A DNA stretch of 64,000 nucleotides from Gemmatimonadota bacterium (lineage in GTDB: Bacteria > Gemmatimonadota > Gemmatimonadetes > Gemmatimonadales > GWC2-71-9): positions 1-64,000 of the forward strand of contig JBDHDE010000009.1 of the NCBI GenBank assembly GCA_039591655.1. Direction: 5' to 3'. Shown piece by piece: positions 17,848-28,673 of this stretch. The notes below the pieces were generated by a model that saw only the letters and a program-made list of their open reading frames with translations, made no database searches and was not told the DNA's origin. The stretch's first letter is position 1, and each line of letters begins with the position of its first letter. Made by a program: the position numbers and the translations under genes.

Positions 17848-19896
17848 TCAGAGGATGGGCCACAGGTCCCGCGTCAGGTCCACCACCAGGCTCACCCCCT
17901 CACCCCTCAGGCTCACCCCCAAGTCGGCCCGGAACAGCCGGTGGAAGAGCTCCAGGCCCAGGCCCGCCACTACCCGGACCCCCTCGCTGGGCCGCCACGG
18001 GACGCGCGACACGGCTCCTCCCGCCCAGCCGGCGCTTACGAACGGGGCCACCACAATGCGCCGCCCGGTATTCGCGAAGGCGCCCATAGTGAGCGCCGGG
18101 ACGGGCACCGGGAGGCGCCACTCGAGGTGGCCGTGCAGGGCGTACCGCCCGCCCCACTCCCGGAACGGCTCGCCCACCAGCGTGCCCCGCCCTCCCATCA
18201 CGAAGGACCGGTGGGGGGGCAGGTCTGCAGAGCCCCACCCCGCCCAGGTCCGGAGCACGACGCTGGTCACCCCCACTGCGGCGTGCGCCCGCCCGGCCCC
18301 CCGGACCCGCACGTACTGCACGCTGTCGCCGGCTCCGGCCTCCAAAGCGAGCTCCCCGCTGACCCCACCCCGCACCGCCAGCTCGGCATCACGCCGTTCC
18401 ACTCTGAGCGCCCCCACGGCGAAGGTCCCGCTCCCCAGAGGGGGGTTGGGGCGGTCGAACGATCCCGACGCCGGCTCGGTCACGATCTCCAGGCTGGTGG
18501 TCCGCTCCACCCCACCCGCGAGGCTGACGCGCCCTCGGGCGCTCACATCGTGCCCCAACGATGCGAGCAACCGATCCGCCAGCACGTAGTCGCCGTAGTC
18601 CTTCCCGAGCTCCTGGGCCAGCACCGAATTGAGCAATCCCGAGATCACGGGCTCGACGCCCACGTCCTCCACCCGGCGCAACGCGGTGAGCCCCAGCGTG
18701 GTCCGCCCCAGTTGGTAGCGCAGCGACGCCAGCCCCTTGAGACGCTGATCGCTCACCCCGTAGGAGATCCATCCACGCAGCTCCGCCGCATCGCCACCGG
18801 GCCGCACCACTCCACCCAGCCCCAAGGCCAACCCCTCGACACGGTTGAACCGCACCAGCTCGGAGATCGACCCGATACTGGGGCGGGCCGCCGCGAGCCC
18901 CGAGAGTACGTTCGACCCGGCGAGCTCCTCGATCTCGAGCCGCACCTGCTCCAGGTCGAAAGTCATGGCGGGGCCGGCGACCTCCTTGATCGCCGCATCG
19001 AGGGAGACGTCCCATGCGAAGGTGTCCAGCACCGCGTCGGGGGCTGCCACGATCTCCGGCCCGCGAAAGTCGCGCTCGGAGAGCCCGACATTGAACTGGT
19101 AGTCCCGGATCTCCCAGCGGCCGCGGATGATGCCCCTGGCCGGGAGGTCCAGCCACTTGGTGCGGCGCCGAATCTCGATCTCCTGGCGGCGCGGCAACCA
19201 GTAGCGGCCTTCCCACAAGCCGTTCTCCAGAACGATGGTGATGTCCTCCAGCGTATCGTCCAAGTAGGCGCTGCGGGTGAAATTGAAACGGAAGATGATG
19301 AGCTCGGCCGTCTCCCGATCGAAGTACAAGCTGCCCACCACCCGTGGCGCGCCGAAGTCCTTGGGGCGCACGCGGACCTCGTACACGCGGACCTCCCGCT
19401 GCGGCAGGCGGATGGAGAGGGAGTCGGTCAGCGCGTAGTCGTACAGGCCCGGACCACCGCGGGACAGGGGATGCGGCACGTCCCGCACCTCTTGGCCCTC
19501 GCCCAGTCGAATGTGATCGGCGAAGTTGTTCTGCACGATCCCGAGATGGTCCCGATGGTATTGGATGTCCGTGGGAAGGTCCGCCCGGTCCCGCCACCCG
19601 ATGATGCGCTGCTTGCTGCGGTTCGGAGCCTTCCAGTAAACTTCCAGCACCAGCTCATCGGACTTGACGAGCCGCGGGGGCTCGGCGAACCCTTCACCGA
19701 ACTGGCCGAGGAAGAACACGAACCCATGCGCGCGGACGCGGTAATCCACCAGCGAGGTGTCGGCCCGGCGCTGCGACCGCCGCGTGATGCCGCGGCTGAC
19801 CAGCGCCGTGGTTCGTTCGCTGTTCCACGTCTGGGCGAGGAGTGGAGTGGGAGCGAGCGCCAGGAGTACGGCGACGAGGGCGCGACGGTGACCCAT
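17848..19896 (-). CDS. hypothetical exported/outer-membrane protein with probable C-terminal beta-barrel
   Basis: Signal peptide; RFNRVEG motif; alternating-residue strands in the C-terminal half. Confidence 0.75.
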   Translation of the reverse strand: MGHRRALVAVLLALAPTPLLAQTWNSERTTALVSRGITRRSQRRADTSLVDYRVRAHGFVFFLGQFGEGFAEPPRLVKSDELVLEVYWKAPNRSKQRIIGWRDRADLPTDIQYHRDHLGIVQNNFADHIRLGEGQEVRDVPHPLSRGGPGLYDYALTDSLSIRLPQREVRVYEVRVRPKDFGAPRVVGSLYFDRETAELIIFRFNFTRSAYLDDTLEDITIVLENGLWEGRYWLPRRQEIEIRRRTKWLDLPARGIIRGRWEIRDYQFNVGLSERDFRGPEIVAAPDAVLDTFAWDVSLDAAIKEVAGPAMTFDLEQVRLEIEELAGSNVLSGLAAARPSIGSISELVRFNRVEGLALGLGGVVRPGGDAAELRGWISYGVSDQRLKGLASLRYQLGRTTLGLTALRRVEDVGVEPVISGLLNSVLAQELGKDYGDYVLADRLLASLGHDVSARGRVSLAGGVERTTSLEIVTEPASGSFDRPNPPLGSGTFAVGALRVERRDAELAVRGGVSGELALEAGAGDSVQYVRVRGAGRAHAAVGVTSVVLRTWAGWGSADLPPHRSFVMGGRGTLVGEPFREWGGRYALHGHLEWRLPVPVPALTMGAFANTGRRIVVAPFVSAGWAGGAVSRVPWRPSEGVRVVAGLGLELFHRLFRADLGVSLRGEGVSLVVDLTRDLWPIL

Positions 19897-19955
19897 CACG
19901 CCGCAATATCACGGCCCCCGAGGCTCGCGGCAAGCGCGCTCGTCGCTGCGCTCCG

Positions 19956-21449
19956 GTGAGGCGCCAGACCTCTTTCGAGGCATTCTCTGCGGCGGCCGCG
20001 GCGGGGGGCGTGATTCCCGTCGTGCGCGAACTCCCCGCGGATACCCTCACGCCGATCACCGCGTTCAGAGCTCTGGCCCGGCCGCCGTTCGCGTTCCTGC
20101 TGGAGTCTCTCGTGGGCGGCGAGCGCTGGGCCCGTTATACCTTCCTCGGCACCGAGCCACGGGAGGCGTGGCGCTACCGCGAAGGCACCGTGGGGCGTTG
20201 GACGCCCGGGAGCGGCTGGCAGCCGGACGTGAAGGCTCGCGATCCCCTGGAACATCTCGCAGCGCAGCTCCGCAGCCTGAAGCCGGCACCTGTAACGGGA
20301 CTGCCGCGGTTCTGGGGTGGCGCGGTGGGCTTCTTGAGCTACGACGCCGTGCGCGCCATCGAGCGCCTACCGGGTGGGCCGGCGGACGATCTCGGCTTCC
20401 CCGACGCCATGTTTCTCGTGGCGGACACCGTCGGCATCATCGACAACGCGTTCGGCCGCGTGCGAGTGGTCAGCAGTGCAGAGGTCCCGGCCGGCGCCGA
20501 CCGGCGAGCGCTGAAGCGGGGATACGAGGGGGCACTGGAGCGGAGCGCCGCATTCGCGGACCGGCTGCGCACGCCGCCTGCGGTAGCGCCCATTACCCTC
20601 GAGGGCGACGCATCCCTCACGCCGGAGTCCCCCTACCCCCGCGCCGCCTTCGAGCGCGACGTGGGTCGCATCAAGGAGTTCATCCGGGACGGTGAAGCAT
20701 TCCAGGTAGTGCTATCCCGCCGGCAGGAGGTCCCGTGCGCCGCAGATCCGTTCGACGTGTACCGCTCCCTGCGCACGCTGAATCCCGCCCCATACCTCTA
20801 TTACCTGGCCTTGGACGACCTCCACGTGGTGGGCAGCTCACCAGAGGTCCTGGTGCGCGTCGAGGACGGGGAAGTCACCGCGCGACCCATCGCAGGCACG
20901 CGACCCCGGGGCACCACGAGTGAGGAGGACGCAGCACTCGCGGCTGACCTGATGGCAGACCAGAAGGAGCGGGCGGAGCACGCGATGTTGGTGGATCTCG
21001 GACGCAACGACGTCGGCCGCGTCGCCGAGTACGGAACGGTGCGCGTCACGGTGGACAAGGAGCTGGAGCGGTACTCCCACGTGCAGCACATCGTGAGCGA
21101 GGTGCGCGGCCGGCTCCGTGCCGGGTTGGACGCCGCCGACGTGCTGCGCGCCTGCTTCCCCGCCGGGACGGTCTCGGGCGCACCCAAGGTGCGGGCCATG
21201 CAGATCCTCGACGGGTTGGAGCCCACCCGCCGGGGGCCGTACGCGGGAGCGGTGGGGTATCTGGGGTGGGGGGCCGCGACACTGGACACGGCGATCGCCA
21301 TTCGCACGGCCGTGCTGCGCGGCGGACGGGCGTACGTGCAGGCCGGCGCGGGTATCGTGGCCGACAGCCATCCGGAGCAGGAGTTCGAGGAGACAGAGAG
21401 CAAGGCAAGCGCCGTGCTCCGCGCACTGGCGGTGGCCACGAATCATTAG
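19956..21449 (+). CDS. trpE: anthranilate synthase component I
   Basis: FLLES, NPAPY, PIAGTRPRG, EHAMLVDLGRND, GTVSGAPK, QAGAGIVADS. Confidence 0.92.
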   Translation: MRRQTSFEAFSAAAAAGGVIPVVRELPADTLTPITAFRALARPPFAFLLESLVGGERWARYTFLGTEPREAWRYREGTVGRWTPGSGWQPDVKARDPLEHLAAQLRSLKPAPVTGLPRFWGGAVGFLSYDAVRAIERLPGGPADDLGFPDAMFLVADTVGIIDNAFGRVRVVSSAEVPAGADRRALKRGYEGALERSAAFADRLRTPPAVAPITLEGDASLTPESPYPRAAFERDVGRIKEFIRDGEAFQVVLSRRQEVPCAADPFDVYRSLRTLNPAPYLYYLALDDLHVVGSSPEVLVRVEDGEVTARPIAGTRPRGTTSEEDAALAADLMADQKERAEHAMLVDLGRNDVGRVAEYGTVRVTVDKELERYSHVQHIVSEVRGRLRAGLDAADVLRACFPAGTVSGAPKVRAMQILDGLEPTRRGPYAGAVGYLGWGAATLDTAIAIRTAVLRGGRAYVQAGAGIVADSHPEQEFEETESKASAVLRALAVATNH

Positions 21450-21497
21450 CCAGGGATTCTCTGGGCGGGTATATTCCGGCCAGCGAGGAGTGTTGTC

Positions 21498-23102
21498 TTG
21501 CGGGCATTCAAGCTCGAGAGCACGGCAGGCGACATCACGATCGATCTCACGCAGCCCCGCACCGTAGTCGTGGGGCGCGCCGTGACCAGCGATCAACCCG
21601 TCTACGATCCCACCGTTTCCCGTCGTCATGCCGAGGTGTCACTGGACGACGGCGGTGTGCGCGTCCAGGATCTGGGCTCCAGCAACGGCACCTTCGTCAA
21701 CGGCACCCGCGTGAACGAGACCGTCGTCACCGACGGGGATGTTGTGACCTTCGGCAAGGTGGCGTTCAAGGTCGTCGAGGTCACGCCCCCTGCGGCCCAA
21801 CCCGCTGCTAGAGAGTCGGCGTGGGCGCACAAACCGCCCCCCGAGGCCACCATCGTCAAACAGGTGGCGGTTGAGCCGGCCTCGGACCTGGAGAAGGTGG
21901 CTTCGCGCCCCAGCGGGGCCTCACAGCTCAAGCTCGAGGCGGACACGCTCGACGAGCGTCAAGCGGAGAAGCTCTCTCTCCTGCTCGATATATCGAAGGA
22001 GCTCTCCAAGCAGCAGGAGGTGGATCGCCTCCTCGAGAAGGTCGTGGACATCACGTTCAAGGTGATGGAGGTCGACCGGGTGTCGATCCTCATGCTGGAG
22101 GGTGAGGGCGAGCTGATCCCCCGCGTTTCCCACAACCGCTTAGCGGAGGGCGCAGGCGCGAAGGTTCCGCAGTCCATCGCCCGCCGTGCAGTGGACGAGC
22201 GGCTGGCGATCCTCACCGACAACGCCGCGGCCGACGATCGGTTCAAGGGCAAATCGATCCTGATGCAGAGCGTGCGCAGCGCAATGTGCACGCCGCTGAT
22301 GGGGAGCGAGGGAAACGTCCTCGGCATCATCTACGTGGACAACATGACGGCGACCAACTCGTTTGGCGACGAGGAACTCGAGTTCCTCATCGCGTTCTCC
22401 GGAATCGCCGCCGTCGCTATCGAGAACAGCCAGCTAACAGAGCAGGTCAGGCGCGAGGCCGTCGTGCTCTCCAACTTCCAGCGCTACTTTGCGCCCGACC
22501 TAGCCGAGCAGATCGCGGAGCAGGTCGACGAGATACAGCTCGGTGGGACGAAGCGCCCGGTGGTGGTGTTCTTCAGCGACATCCGCGGGTTCACCTCGAT
22601 GTCGGAGGAGATGAGCCCCGACGAGATCGCCACGGTTCTCACCGAGTACTTCACCGAGATGGTGGAGATCATCTTCGAGCACAGTGGCACGCTGGACAAG
22701 TTCATGGGCGACGCCATCATGGCCCTGTGGGGCGCGCCCATCGAGCTGGACGACGCCGCCGACCGCGCCATCCAGGCCGCCATTCGGCAGCAGGAGATCC
22801 TGGCCGAACTCAATGAGAAGTGGAAGGAGCAGGGTCGCCGGCAGGTCGAGATCGGGATCGGGATCAACTTCGGCGAGGTGTTCGCGGGCAACATCGGCAG
22901 CGACCGCCGTCTGGAGTACACGGTGATCGGCGACGCCGTCAACACCGCCGCCCGACTCTGCTCGAAGGCCGGGCCGGGGGAGATCCTGATATCGGATCCG
23001 TTCTACCAGGCCCTCAAGGAGCCACCCGAGGTCGAGGCCCTGGAGCCCCTCGAGCTGCGGGGCAAGGCCAAGGCCGTCCCCGTCTACCGTGTGAACCGGT
23101 AG
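21498..23102 (+). CDS. FHA-GAF class III adenylate cyclase
   Basis: FHA GR..SRRHA..DLGSSNGTFVNG; cyclase FSDIRGFT, DKFMGDA, YTVIGDAVNTAARL. Confidence 0.93.
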   Translation: MRAFKLESTAGDITIDLTQPRTVVVGRAVTSDQPVYDPTVSRRHAEVSLDDGGVRVQDLGSSNGTFVNGTRVNETVVTDGDVVTFGKVAFKVVEVTPPAAQPAARESAWAHKPPPEATIVKQVAVEPASDLEKVASRPSGASQLKLEADTLDERQAEKLSLLLDISKELSKQQEVDRLLEKVVDITFKVMEVDRVSILMLEGEGELIPRVSHNRLAEGAGAKVPQSIARRAVDERLAILTDNAAADDRFKGKSILMQSVRSAMCTPLMGSEGNVLGIIYVDNMTATNSFGDEELEFLIAFSGIAAVAIENSQLTEQVRREAVVLSNFQRYFAPDLAEQIAEQVDEIQLGGTKRPVVVFFSDIRGFTSMSEEMSPDEIATVLTEYFTEMVEIIFEHSGTLDKFMGDAIMALWGAPIELDDAADRAIQAAIRQQEILAELNEKWKEQGRRQVEIGIGINFGEVFAGNIGSDRRLEYTVIGDAVNTAARLCSKAGPGEILISDPFYQALKEPPEVEALEPLELRGKAKAVPVYRVNR

Positions 23103-23659
23103 GGCTGCCCCGCTGCCTCCAGGAGGTCCACCACCAGCCGGAGCGGCAACCCCATCACACTGAAGAAGTCCCCATCCACGCGCTCGATCAGCACGGCGCC
23201 GTATCCCTGCACCCCGTAGCCCCCCGCCTTGTCCAGGGGCTCCCCAGTGGCCACGTACGCCGCGATGATCTCCGGCGCCAACGTGCGAAACCGGACCCGC
23301 GTCACGTCGTAGCGCTCCAGCACTTCGCCGCCCGGCGGGGCCAGCGCGACGGCGGTGACGACACGATGCTCGCGGCCCGAGAGCAGGCTCAGCATCTGCT
23401 CGGCCTCGGCAGCGTCCGCCGGCTTGCCCAGGATCTGGTCGTCCACCACTACTACCGTGTCCGCGGCCAGCACCGGTACCTCAGGCCGCCGCTGCGCCAC
23501 GGACTGCGCTTTCTCCCGGGCGAGGCGCACGGCCATGCTCTCGGGCAGCTCTCCGGGCTCGGGGCGCTCGTTCACAGCGGCCGGAACAACCTCATGAGGA
23601 ATGCCCAGCATCTCGAGGAGCTGGCGCCGCCGCGGTGATTCCGAGGCGAGGATGATCAT
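23084..23659 (-). CDS. maf: Maf nucleotide pyrophosphatase
   Basis: [30 protein letters not shown]. Confidence 0.93.
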   Translation of the reverse strand: MIILASESPRRRQLLEMLGIPHEVVPAAVNERPEPGELPESMAVRLAREKAQSVAQRRPEVPVLAADTVVVVDDQILGKPADAAEAEQMLSLLSGREHRVVTAVALAPPGGEVLERYDVTRVRFRTLAPEIIAAYVATGEPLDKAGGYGVQGYGAVLIERVDGDFFSVMGLPLRLVVDLLEAAGQPYRFTR

Positions 23660-24093
23660 CGCTCGAGGATGAGCGTGACCGGCCCGTCGTTCACCAGGGC
23701 AACATCCATCAGCGCACCGAACTCGCCCGTCTCGACCTGCAGCCCCCACCCCCGCAGCGCGGCCACGAAGCGCTCGTACAGGGGCACGGCGTGCTCAGGG
23801 GGGGCGGCATCCACGAATGACGGGCGCCGTCCCTTGCGGGAATCCGCATAGAGGGTGAACTGCGACACGACGAGGAGCGCTCCACCCACGTCCCCCAGGC
23901 TCAGGTTCATCTTCCCCTCGTCGTCGGCGAAGAGCCTCAAGCCCACGATCTTGTCGGCCATCCAACCCAGCCCGTCCTCGCCGTCAGCGGCGCTGAAGCC
24001 CACCAACACCAAGAAGCCGCGCCCGATCTCTCCGACGACGCGGCCCTCCACGCTCACCGACGCGCGACTGACGCGCTGCAGCACCACGCGCAT
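23656..24093 (-). CDS. dtd: D-aminoacyl-tRNA deacylase
   Basis: [19 protein letters not shown]. Confidence 0.96.
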   Translation of the reverse strand: MRVVLQRVSRASVSVEGRVVGEIGRGFLVLVGFSAADGEDGLGWMADKIVGLRLFADDEGKMNLSLGDVGGALLVVSQFTLYADSRKGRRPSFVDAAPPEHAVPLYERFVAALRGWGLQVETGEFGALMDVALVNDGPVTLILER

Positions 24094-24099
24094 AGCGCG

Positions 24100-25926
24100 C
24101 TACTCCACGGTCACGGACTTGGCGAGGTTGCGCGGCCGGTCCACGTCGCAGCCGCGGCGCACCGCCGTGTAGTAGGCGATGAGCTGAAGCGGCAGTACGC
24201 TCAGGACGGGGGTGAGGGAGTCGGTGGTGCGGGGGATGGTGATCACCTGATCCGCCAGGGCCGTGATCTGCTCGTCGCCGTCGGACACCACCGCCAGCAC
24301 GCGTCCCCGGCGGGCCTTCACCTCTTCGATGTTGGACAGGATCTTCTGGTACACGGCGTCCCGCGGCGCGATGAACACGACGGGCATCATCTCGTCGATC
24401 AGTGCGATGGGCCCGTGCTTCATCTCCGCCGCCGGATAGCCTTCGGCGTGGATGTAGGAGATCTCCTTGAGCTTGAGGGCACCTTCCAGGGCCACCGGGA
24501 AGTTGTACCCCCGACCCAGGTACAGGGTGTTCTGCGATCGCATGAACCCTTCGGCCACCTGCTGTATGTGCTCTGCGCGGGAGAGCACGTCCTCCACCTG
24601 ATCGGGAAGCACCTCCAGCGCCCGCACGATCTCGCGGCCCTGGAGCACCGAGAGGGAACGCAGCCGGCCCAGCCGCAACGTGATCAGCGCCAGGGCCACC
24701 ACCTGGGCGGTGAAGGCCTTGGTGCTAGCCACGCCGATCTCGGGACCGGCGTGCAGGTACGTGCCGCCGTCCACTTCCCGGGCAATGGAGCTCCCCACCA
24801 CGTTCACGACGCCCACCGTTAGGGCGCCGCGTTGCTTGGCCTCGCGGATGGCGGCCAGCGTGTCCGCGGTCTCGCCGCTCTGTGAGATGGCGATGACCAG
24901 CGTTCCCTCGTCCAGGATCGGGTTGCGGTAGCGGAACTCCGAGGCGTACTCCACCTCGGCCGGGATGCGGGCCAGCTCCTCGAGCATGTACTCCCCGATG
25001 AGCGCGGCATGCCAGGACGTCCCACAGGCGGTGAGCACGACCCGCTCGATCCCCAGGAGCTCCTCGTCGGTCAGGTTCAGGCCGGCCAGCTTGGCGCTGC
25101 CCTCGTCCTCCAGCAGGTGACCCCGCAGCGTGTTCCGCAGGCTGTCCGGCTGCTCCATGATCTCCTTCAGCATGAAGTGCGGATAGCCGCCCCGCTCGAT
25201 CTTGGCGAGGTCCCAATCGAGCGTCGTGACCAGCTTGTCGACGTGGGTGGTGTCCAGATCCGTGATGTCGTAGGCGTCGCGCCCGACCACCGCCATCTCG
25301 CCGTCATCCAGGTACACCACCTCCCGTGTGTGCTCCAGGAGCGCAGCGGCGTCGGAAGCGACGAAGTGCTCGCCCTCACCGAGACCCAGGAGCAGCGGCG
25401 AGCCGTGCCGGGCCGCCACCAGCGTGTCCGGATGCGCGGTGGATACCACGGCTATCCCGTAGGCGCCTTCCACGCGGCGCAGCGCCTCGGCCACCGCCTG
25501 CGCCAGCGAGCCATCCAGGAACTGCTCAATGAGGTGCGCCAGCACCTCGGTGTCGGTGTCCGATCGGAAGGTGTGGCCCTGCTCGGCGAGCCACGCCCGC
25601 AGCGCCCGGGCATTCTCGACTATGCCGTTGTGCACCAGCGCCACGGTGCCACCGCAGTCGGTGTGGGGGTGCGCATTGAGATCGTTGGGCACGCCGTGTG
25701 TCGCCCACCGGGTGTGTGCCACGCCGATGGTGCCCCGGGGCAGGTGGTCGCCGAGGTGAGCTCTGAGGTCCGCCAGCCGTCCCGCCACCTTCTCGACGAC
25801 GATGGAGCGGCCCTCGATCACTGCGAGGCCCGCCGAGTCGTAGCCGCGGTACTCGAGACGCTCCACACCCTCCAGCAGCACCGGTGCAGCCTCACGATTG
25901 CCTACGTATCCGACGATTCCGCACAT
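24100..25926 (-). CDS. glmS: glutamine--fructose-6-phosphate aminotransferase
   Basis: MCGIVGY, HTRWATHG, SQSGETADT, PRNLAKSVTVE. Confidence 0.98.
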   Translation of the reverse strand: MCGIVGYVGNREAAPVLLEGVERLEYRGYDSAGLAVIEGRSIVVEKVAGRLADLRAHLGDHLPRGTIGVAHTRWATHGVPNDLNAHPHTDCGGTVALVHNGIVENARALRAWLAEQGHTFRSDTDTEVLAHLIEQFLDGSLAQAVAEALRRVEGAYGIAVVSTAHPDTLVAARHGSPLLLGLGEGEHFVASDAAALLEHTREVVYLDDGEMAVVGRDAYDITDLDTTHVDKLVTTLDWDLAKIERGGYPHFMLKEIMEQPDSLRNTLRGHLLEDEGSAKLAGLNLTDEELLGIERVVLTACGTSWHAALIGEYMLEELARIPAEVEYASEFRYRNPILDEGTLVIAISQSGETADTLAAIREAKQRGALTVGVVNVVGSSIAREVDGGTYLHAGPEIGVASTKAFTAQVVALALITLRLGRLRSLSVLQGREIVRALEVLPDQVEDVLSRAEHIQQVAEGFMRSQNTLYLGRGYNFPVALEGALKLKEISYIHAEGYPAAEMKHGPIALIDEMMPVVFIAPRDAVYQKILSNIEEVKARRGRVLAVVSDGDEQITALADQVITIPRTTDSLTPVLSVLPLQLIAYYTAVRRGCDVDRPRNLAKSVTVE

Positions 25927-25934
25927 GCTCCCGC

Positions 25935-27293
25935 TCAAGCTCCTGCCAGGACCGCCTGGCTCGCCGCAATGAGTCCCTCGGCGGCGTCCGGCGTGGGTGC
26001 CTCGGCAATCAGCCGGACGATGGGCTCCGTCCCCGAGGGCCGCACATGCAGCCACCGGTCGGGCCACGCCAACCGCAGTCCGTCCTGCCGATCCACGGTG
26101 GCTTCGCCGAACCCGCTTTCCAGCGCCGCATAGGTCGCGTCGAGGTCGCCCCCCCGCGGCACCTTCGCCTTCACGATAGCGTACTGCGGCCCTGCCGTCA
26201 CCAGGCCGCGCACCGTCTCTCCGCTACGGGCCAGGAGGTCCAGCACCAGGGCCGCCGCCAGCGGCGCGTCCCGGCCCAGGTGGAGGTCGGGGAGCATCAC
26301 GCCCCCGTTGCCCTCCCCACCCACGACGGCGCCGACGCGCTGCATGGCCCGCGCCACGTTGGCTTCGCCGACGGGCGCGCGGTGCACCTCGCTACCGAAC
26401 TGCCGGGCAACGTCGTCTACCACCAGGGAGGTCGAGAGGTTCACCGCCACCGGCCCCGAGCGCCGCTCCAGCACCGCTCGCACGCCGAACGCGAGGGTGT
26501 AGTCCTCGCCGATAGCTTCCCCTGCCTCATCCACGAGGGCCATACGGTCCCCGTCCGGATCCACGGCCATCCCGACATCTGCGCCCGCTCCCCGCACTGC
26601 CTCACGCAACCCTGCCAGGTTGCCGGGCACCGGCTCCGGGGCTCGGGTGAAGCGGCCGTCCGCCTCCAGGTCGATCCCTACCACCTCACACCCCAGGCGC
26701 TCCAGCAGCTGCGGCAGGATGACGCCGCCGACCCCGCGCACGCAGTCCAGCGCCACCGTGAATCCCCGCTCGCGCACCGTCTCCACCTCCACGAACGGGA
26801 GGCCGAGGACGGCCTCGAGGTGGCGCTCGACCGCTTCTCTGTCCTCGGTGAGTGTGCCTCCTCCGTTCATGTCCTGCGGCGCAAGTTCCGCTGCGTCCAC
26901 CAGCCGGAACAGGCGGTCCACCAACTCACGCTCCAGGAAGAGCCCGTCGGCCCCCACGAACTTGAGAGCGTTCCACTCGATGGGATTGTGGCTGGCGGTG
27001 ATGATGATCCCGCCGGCAGCGCGGTGGTGTTCCACCGCGAGTTGCGCGGTGGGCGTGGGGATCATGCCGCACTCCACCACGTCCGCGCCCGCCCCCAACA
27101 ACGCCTCACGGGCGGCCTCTGCGAAGCGCGGACCGGATTCCCGGGAGTCGCGGGCCAGCACCACGGCGCGGCGCTCATCAGTGGTCGCCAGCCGTGCGAA
27201 GGCGGCAACGTAGCGCGCGACCACCTCGGGAGTGAGGTCGCGGTCCACGATCCCCCGGACGCCGGAGACGCTGCGCATCAACGTGCCGCTCAT
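25935..27293 (-). CDS. glmM: phosphoglucosamine mutase / phosphohexomutase
   Basis: TASHNP, DPDGDR, GEGNGG, RPSGTEP; adjacent to glmS. Confidence 0.88.
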   Translation of the reverse strand: MSGTLMRSVSGVRGIVDRDLTPEVVARYVAAFARLATTDERRAVVLARDSRESGPRFAEAAREALLGAGADVVECGMIPTPTAQLAVEHHRAAGGIIITASHNPIEWNALKFVGADGLFLERELVDRLFRLVDAAELAPQDMNGGGTLTEDREAVERHLEAVLGLPFVEVETVRERGFTVALDCVRGVGGVILPQLLERLGCEVVGIDLEADGRFTRAPEPVPGNLAGLREAVRGAGADVGMAVDPDGDRMALVDEAGEAIGEDYTLAFGVRAVLERRSGPVAVNLSTSLVVDDVARQFGSEVHRAPVGEANVARAMQRVGAVVGGEGNGGVMLPDLHLGRDAPLAAALVLDLLARSGETVRGLVTAGPQYAIVKAKVPRGGDLDATYAALESGFGEATVDRQDGLRLAWPDRWLHVRPSGTEPIVRLIAEAPTPDAAEGLIAASQAVLAGA

Positions 27294-27406
27294 GCGATTA
27301 ACCTAATCGATGCCCGGTGGCTGCGGCATGCTCCACGGCAATCCATCGGTTGCCCCTTCCGTGCCGGTCTGTATAGGTTCCGGTGCCGCCCGTCACCGAG
27401 CTTTCC

Positions 27407-28588
27407 ATGACCCGCGTATTCCTGGAAGACCTCGAAGCGAAACTCGCCACGCGTGCCGTCCATGCGGGGCAGCGCCCCGAAGACGATCCCGCGGGCGCCA
27501 TCATGACCCCCATCTATCAGACGTCGACCTATGTGCAGCCCGCCCTGGGCAAACACAAGGGGTTCGAGTACGCCCGCACGCGCAACCCGACCCGTGACGC
27601 CCTGGAGCGCAACGTGGCAGCCCTCGAGGGGGCGACCCATGGCTTCGCGTTCGCCTCGGGCATGGCCGCCACCGACGCGGTCCTCAAGCTGCTCTCCGCC
27701 GGCGACCACGTGATCTGCGGGGAGAACGTCTACGGCGGCACCCACCGGATCATGACCATGGTGTTCCAGCGGCTCGGGCTGGGGTTCTCGTTCGTGGATA
27801 CCCGCGAGGTGGGGAACGTCGAGGCGGCGCTCACCGACGCGACAAAGTTGATCTTCGTCGAGACCCCGACGAACCCGATGATGCACCTCACCGACCTCGC
27901 GGCCGTGGCGCGGCTCGCGCGCGACAGAGGACTGGTAGTGGTAGTGGACAACACATTTGCCACGCCGGTCTTCCAGCGCCCCATCGCCCTGGGCGCGGAG
28001 GTCGTGTTGCACTCCACGACCAAGTACCTGAACGGCCACAGCGACATGGTGGGCGGCGTGGTGCTCACCACCCGGGACGACCTGGCGGAGCAGCTCGGCT
28101 TCATCCAGAACGCGGCCGGTGCGGTGCCCGGGCCGCTGGACTGCTGGCTCAACCTGCGGGGCACCAAGACGCTCCTCGTGCGCATGGCCCAGCACGATCG
28201 CTCGGGCCGGAGCATCGCCCAGTGGTTGGCGGAGCACGCCCTGGTCGAGCGCGTGTACTACCCGGGCCTACCCGGCCATCCGCAGCACGAGTTGGCGTGC
28301 CGCCAGATGAGCGGCTTCGGGGGAATGATCTCCCTGGACCTGGGTTCCCTGGAGCGGGCCCGCGCGGTGGTGGAGAACACCAGGCTCTTCGCGCTGGCGG
28401 AGTCGCTCGGCGGGGTGGAGAGCCTCATCGGACACCCCGCGACGATGACCCACGCCACGGTCCCCAAACCCATGAGGGAGGAGATGGGACTCACCGACGG
28501 GCTGGTGCGGCTCTCGGTGGGGATCGAGGACACAGATGACCTGATCGCCGACCTCGACAGGGCGCTGGAGGCAACCCGCACGTCGTAG
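27407..28588 (+). CDS. cystathionine gamma-lyase/synthase (Cys/Met PLP enzyme)
   Basis: YARTRNPT, ETPTNP, DNTFA, STTKYLNGHSD, AESLGG. Confidence 0.92.
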   Translation: MTRVFLEDLEAKLATRAVHAGQRPEDDPAGAIMTPIYQTSTYVQPALGKHKGFEYARTRNPTRDALERNVAALEGATHGFAFASGMAATDAVLKLLSAGDHVICGENVYGGTHRIMTMVFQRLGLGFSFVDTREVGNVEAALTDATKLIFVETPTNPMMHLTDLAAVARLARDRGLVVVVDNTFATPVFQRPIALGAEVVLHSTTKYLNGHSDMVGGVVLTTRDDLAEQLGFIQNAAGAVPGPLDCWLNLRGTKTLLVRMAQHDRSGRSIAQWLAEHALVERVYYPGLPGHPQHELACRQMSGFGGMISLDLGSLERARAVVENTRLFALAESLGGVESLIGHPATMTHATVPKPMREEMGLTDGLVRLSVGIEDTDDLIADLDRALEATRTS

Positions 28589-28673
28589 AGAGGGTTGTGA
28601 AACTGACCCTCTCGGTGTGCGTACGGTCTAGCATCCGAACGACGCCGGCCACCCGCTGCTGTTGGAGGCAGAC

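Noticed and set aside
15951..19959. Long antisense ORFs (628 aa, 785 aa) and similar ones such as 60070..62271
   Set aside because: Shadow ORFs expected from high-GC codon bias opposite well-supported genes.
25927..25934. glmS ribozyme
   Set aside because: Only 8 bp separate glmM from glmS.
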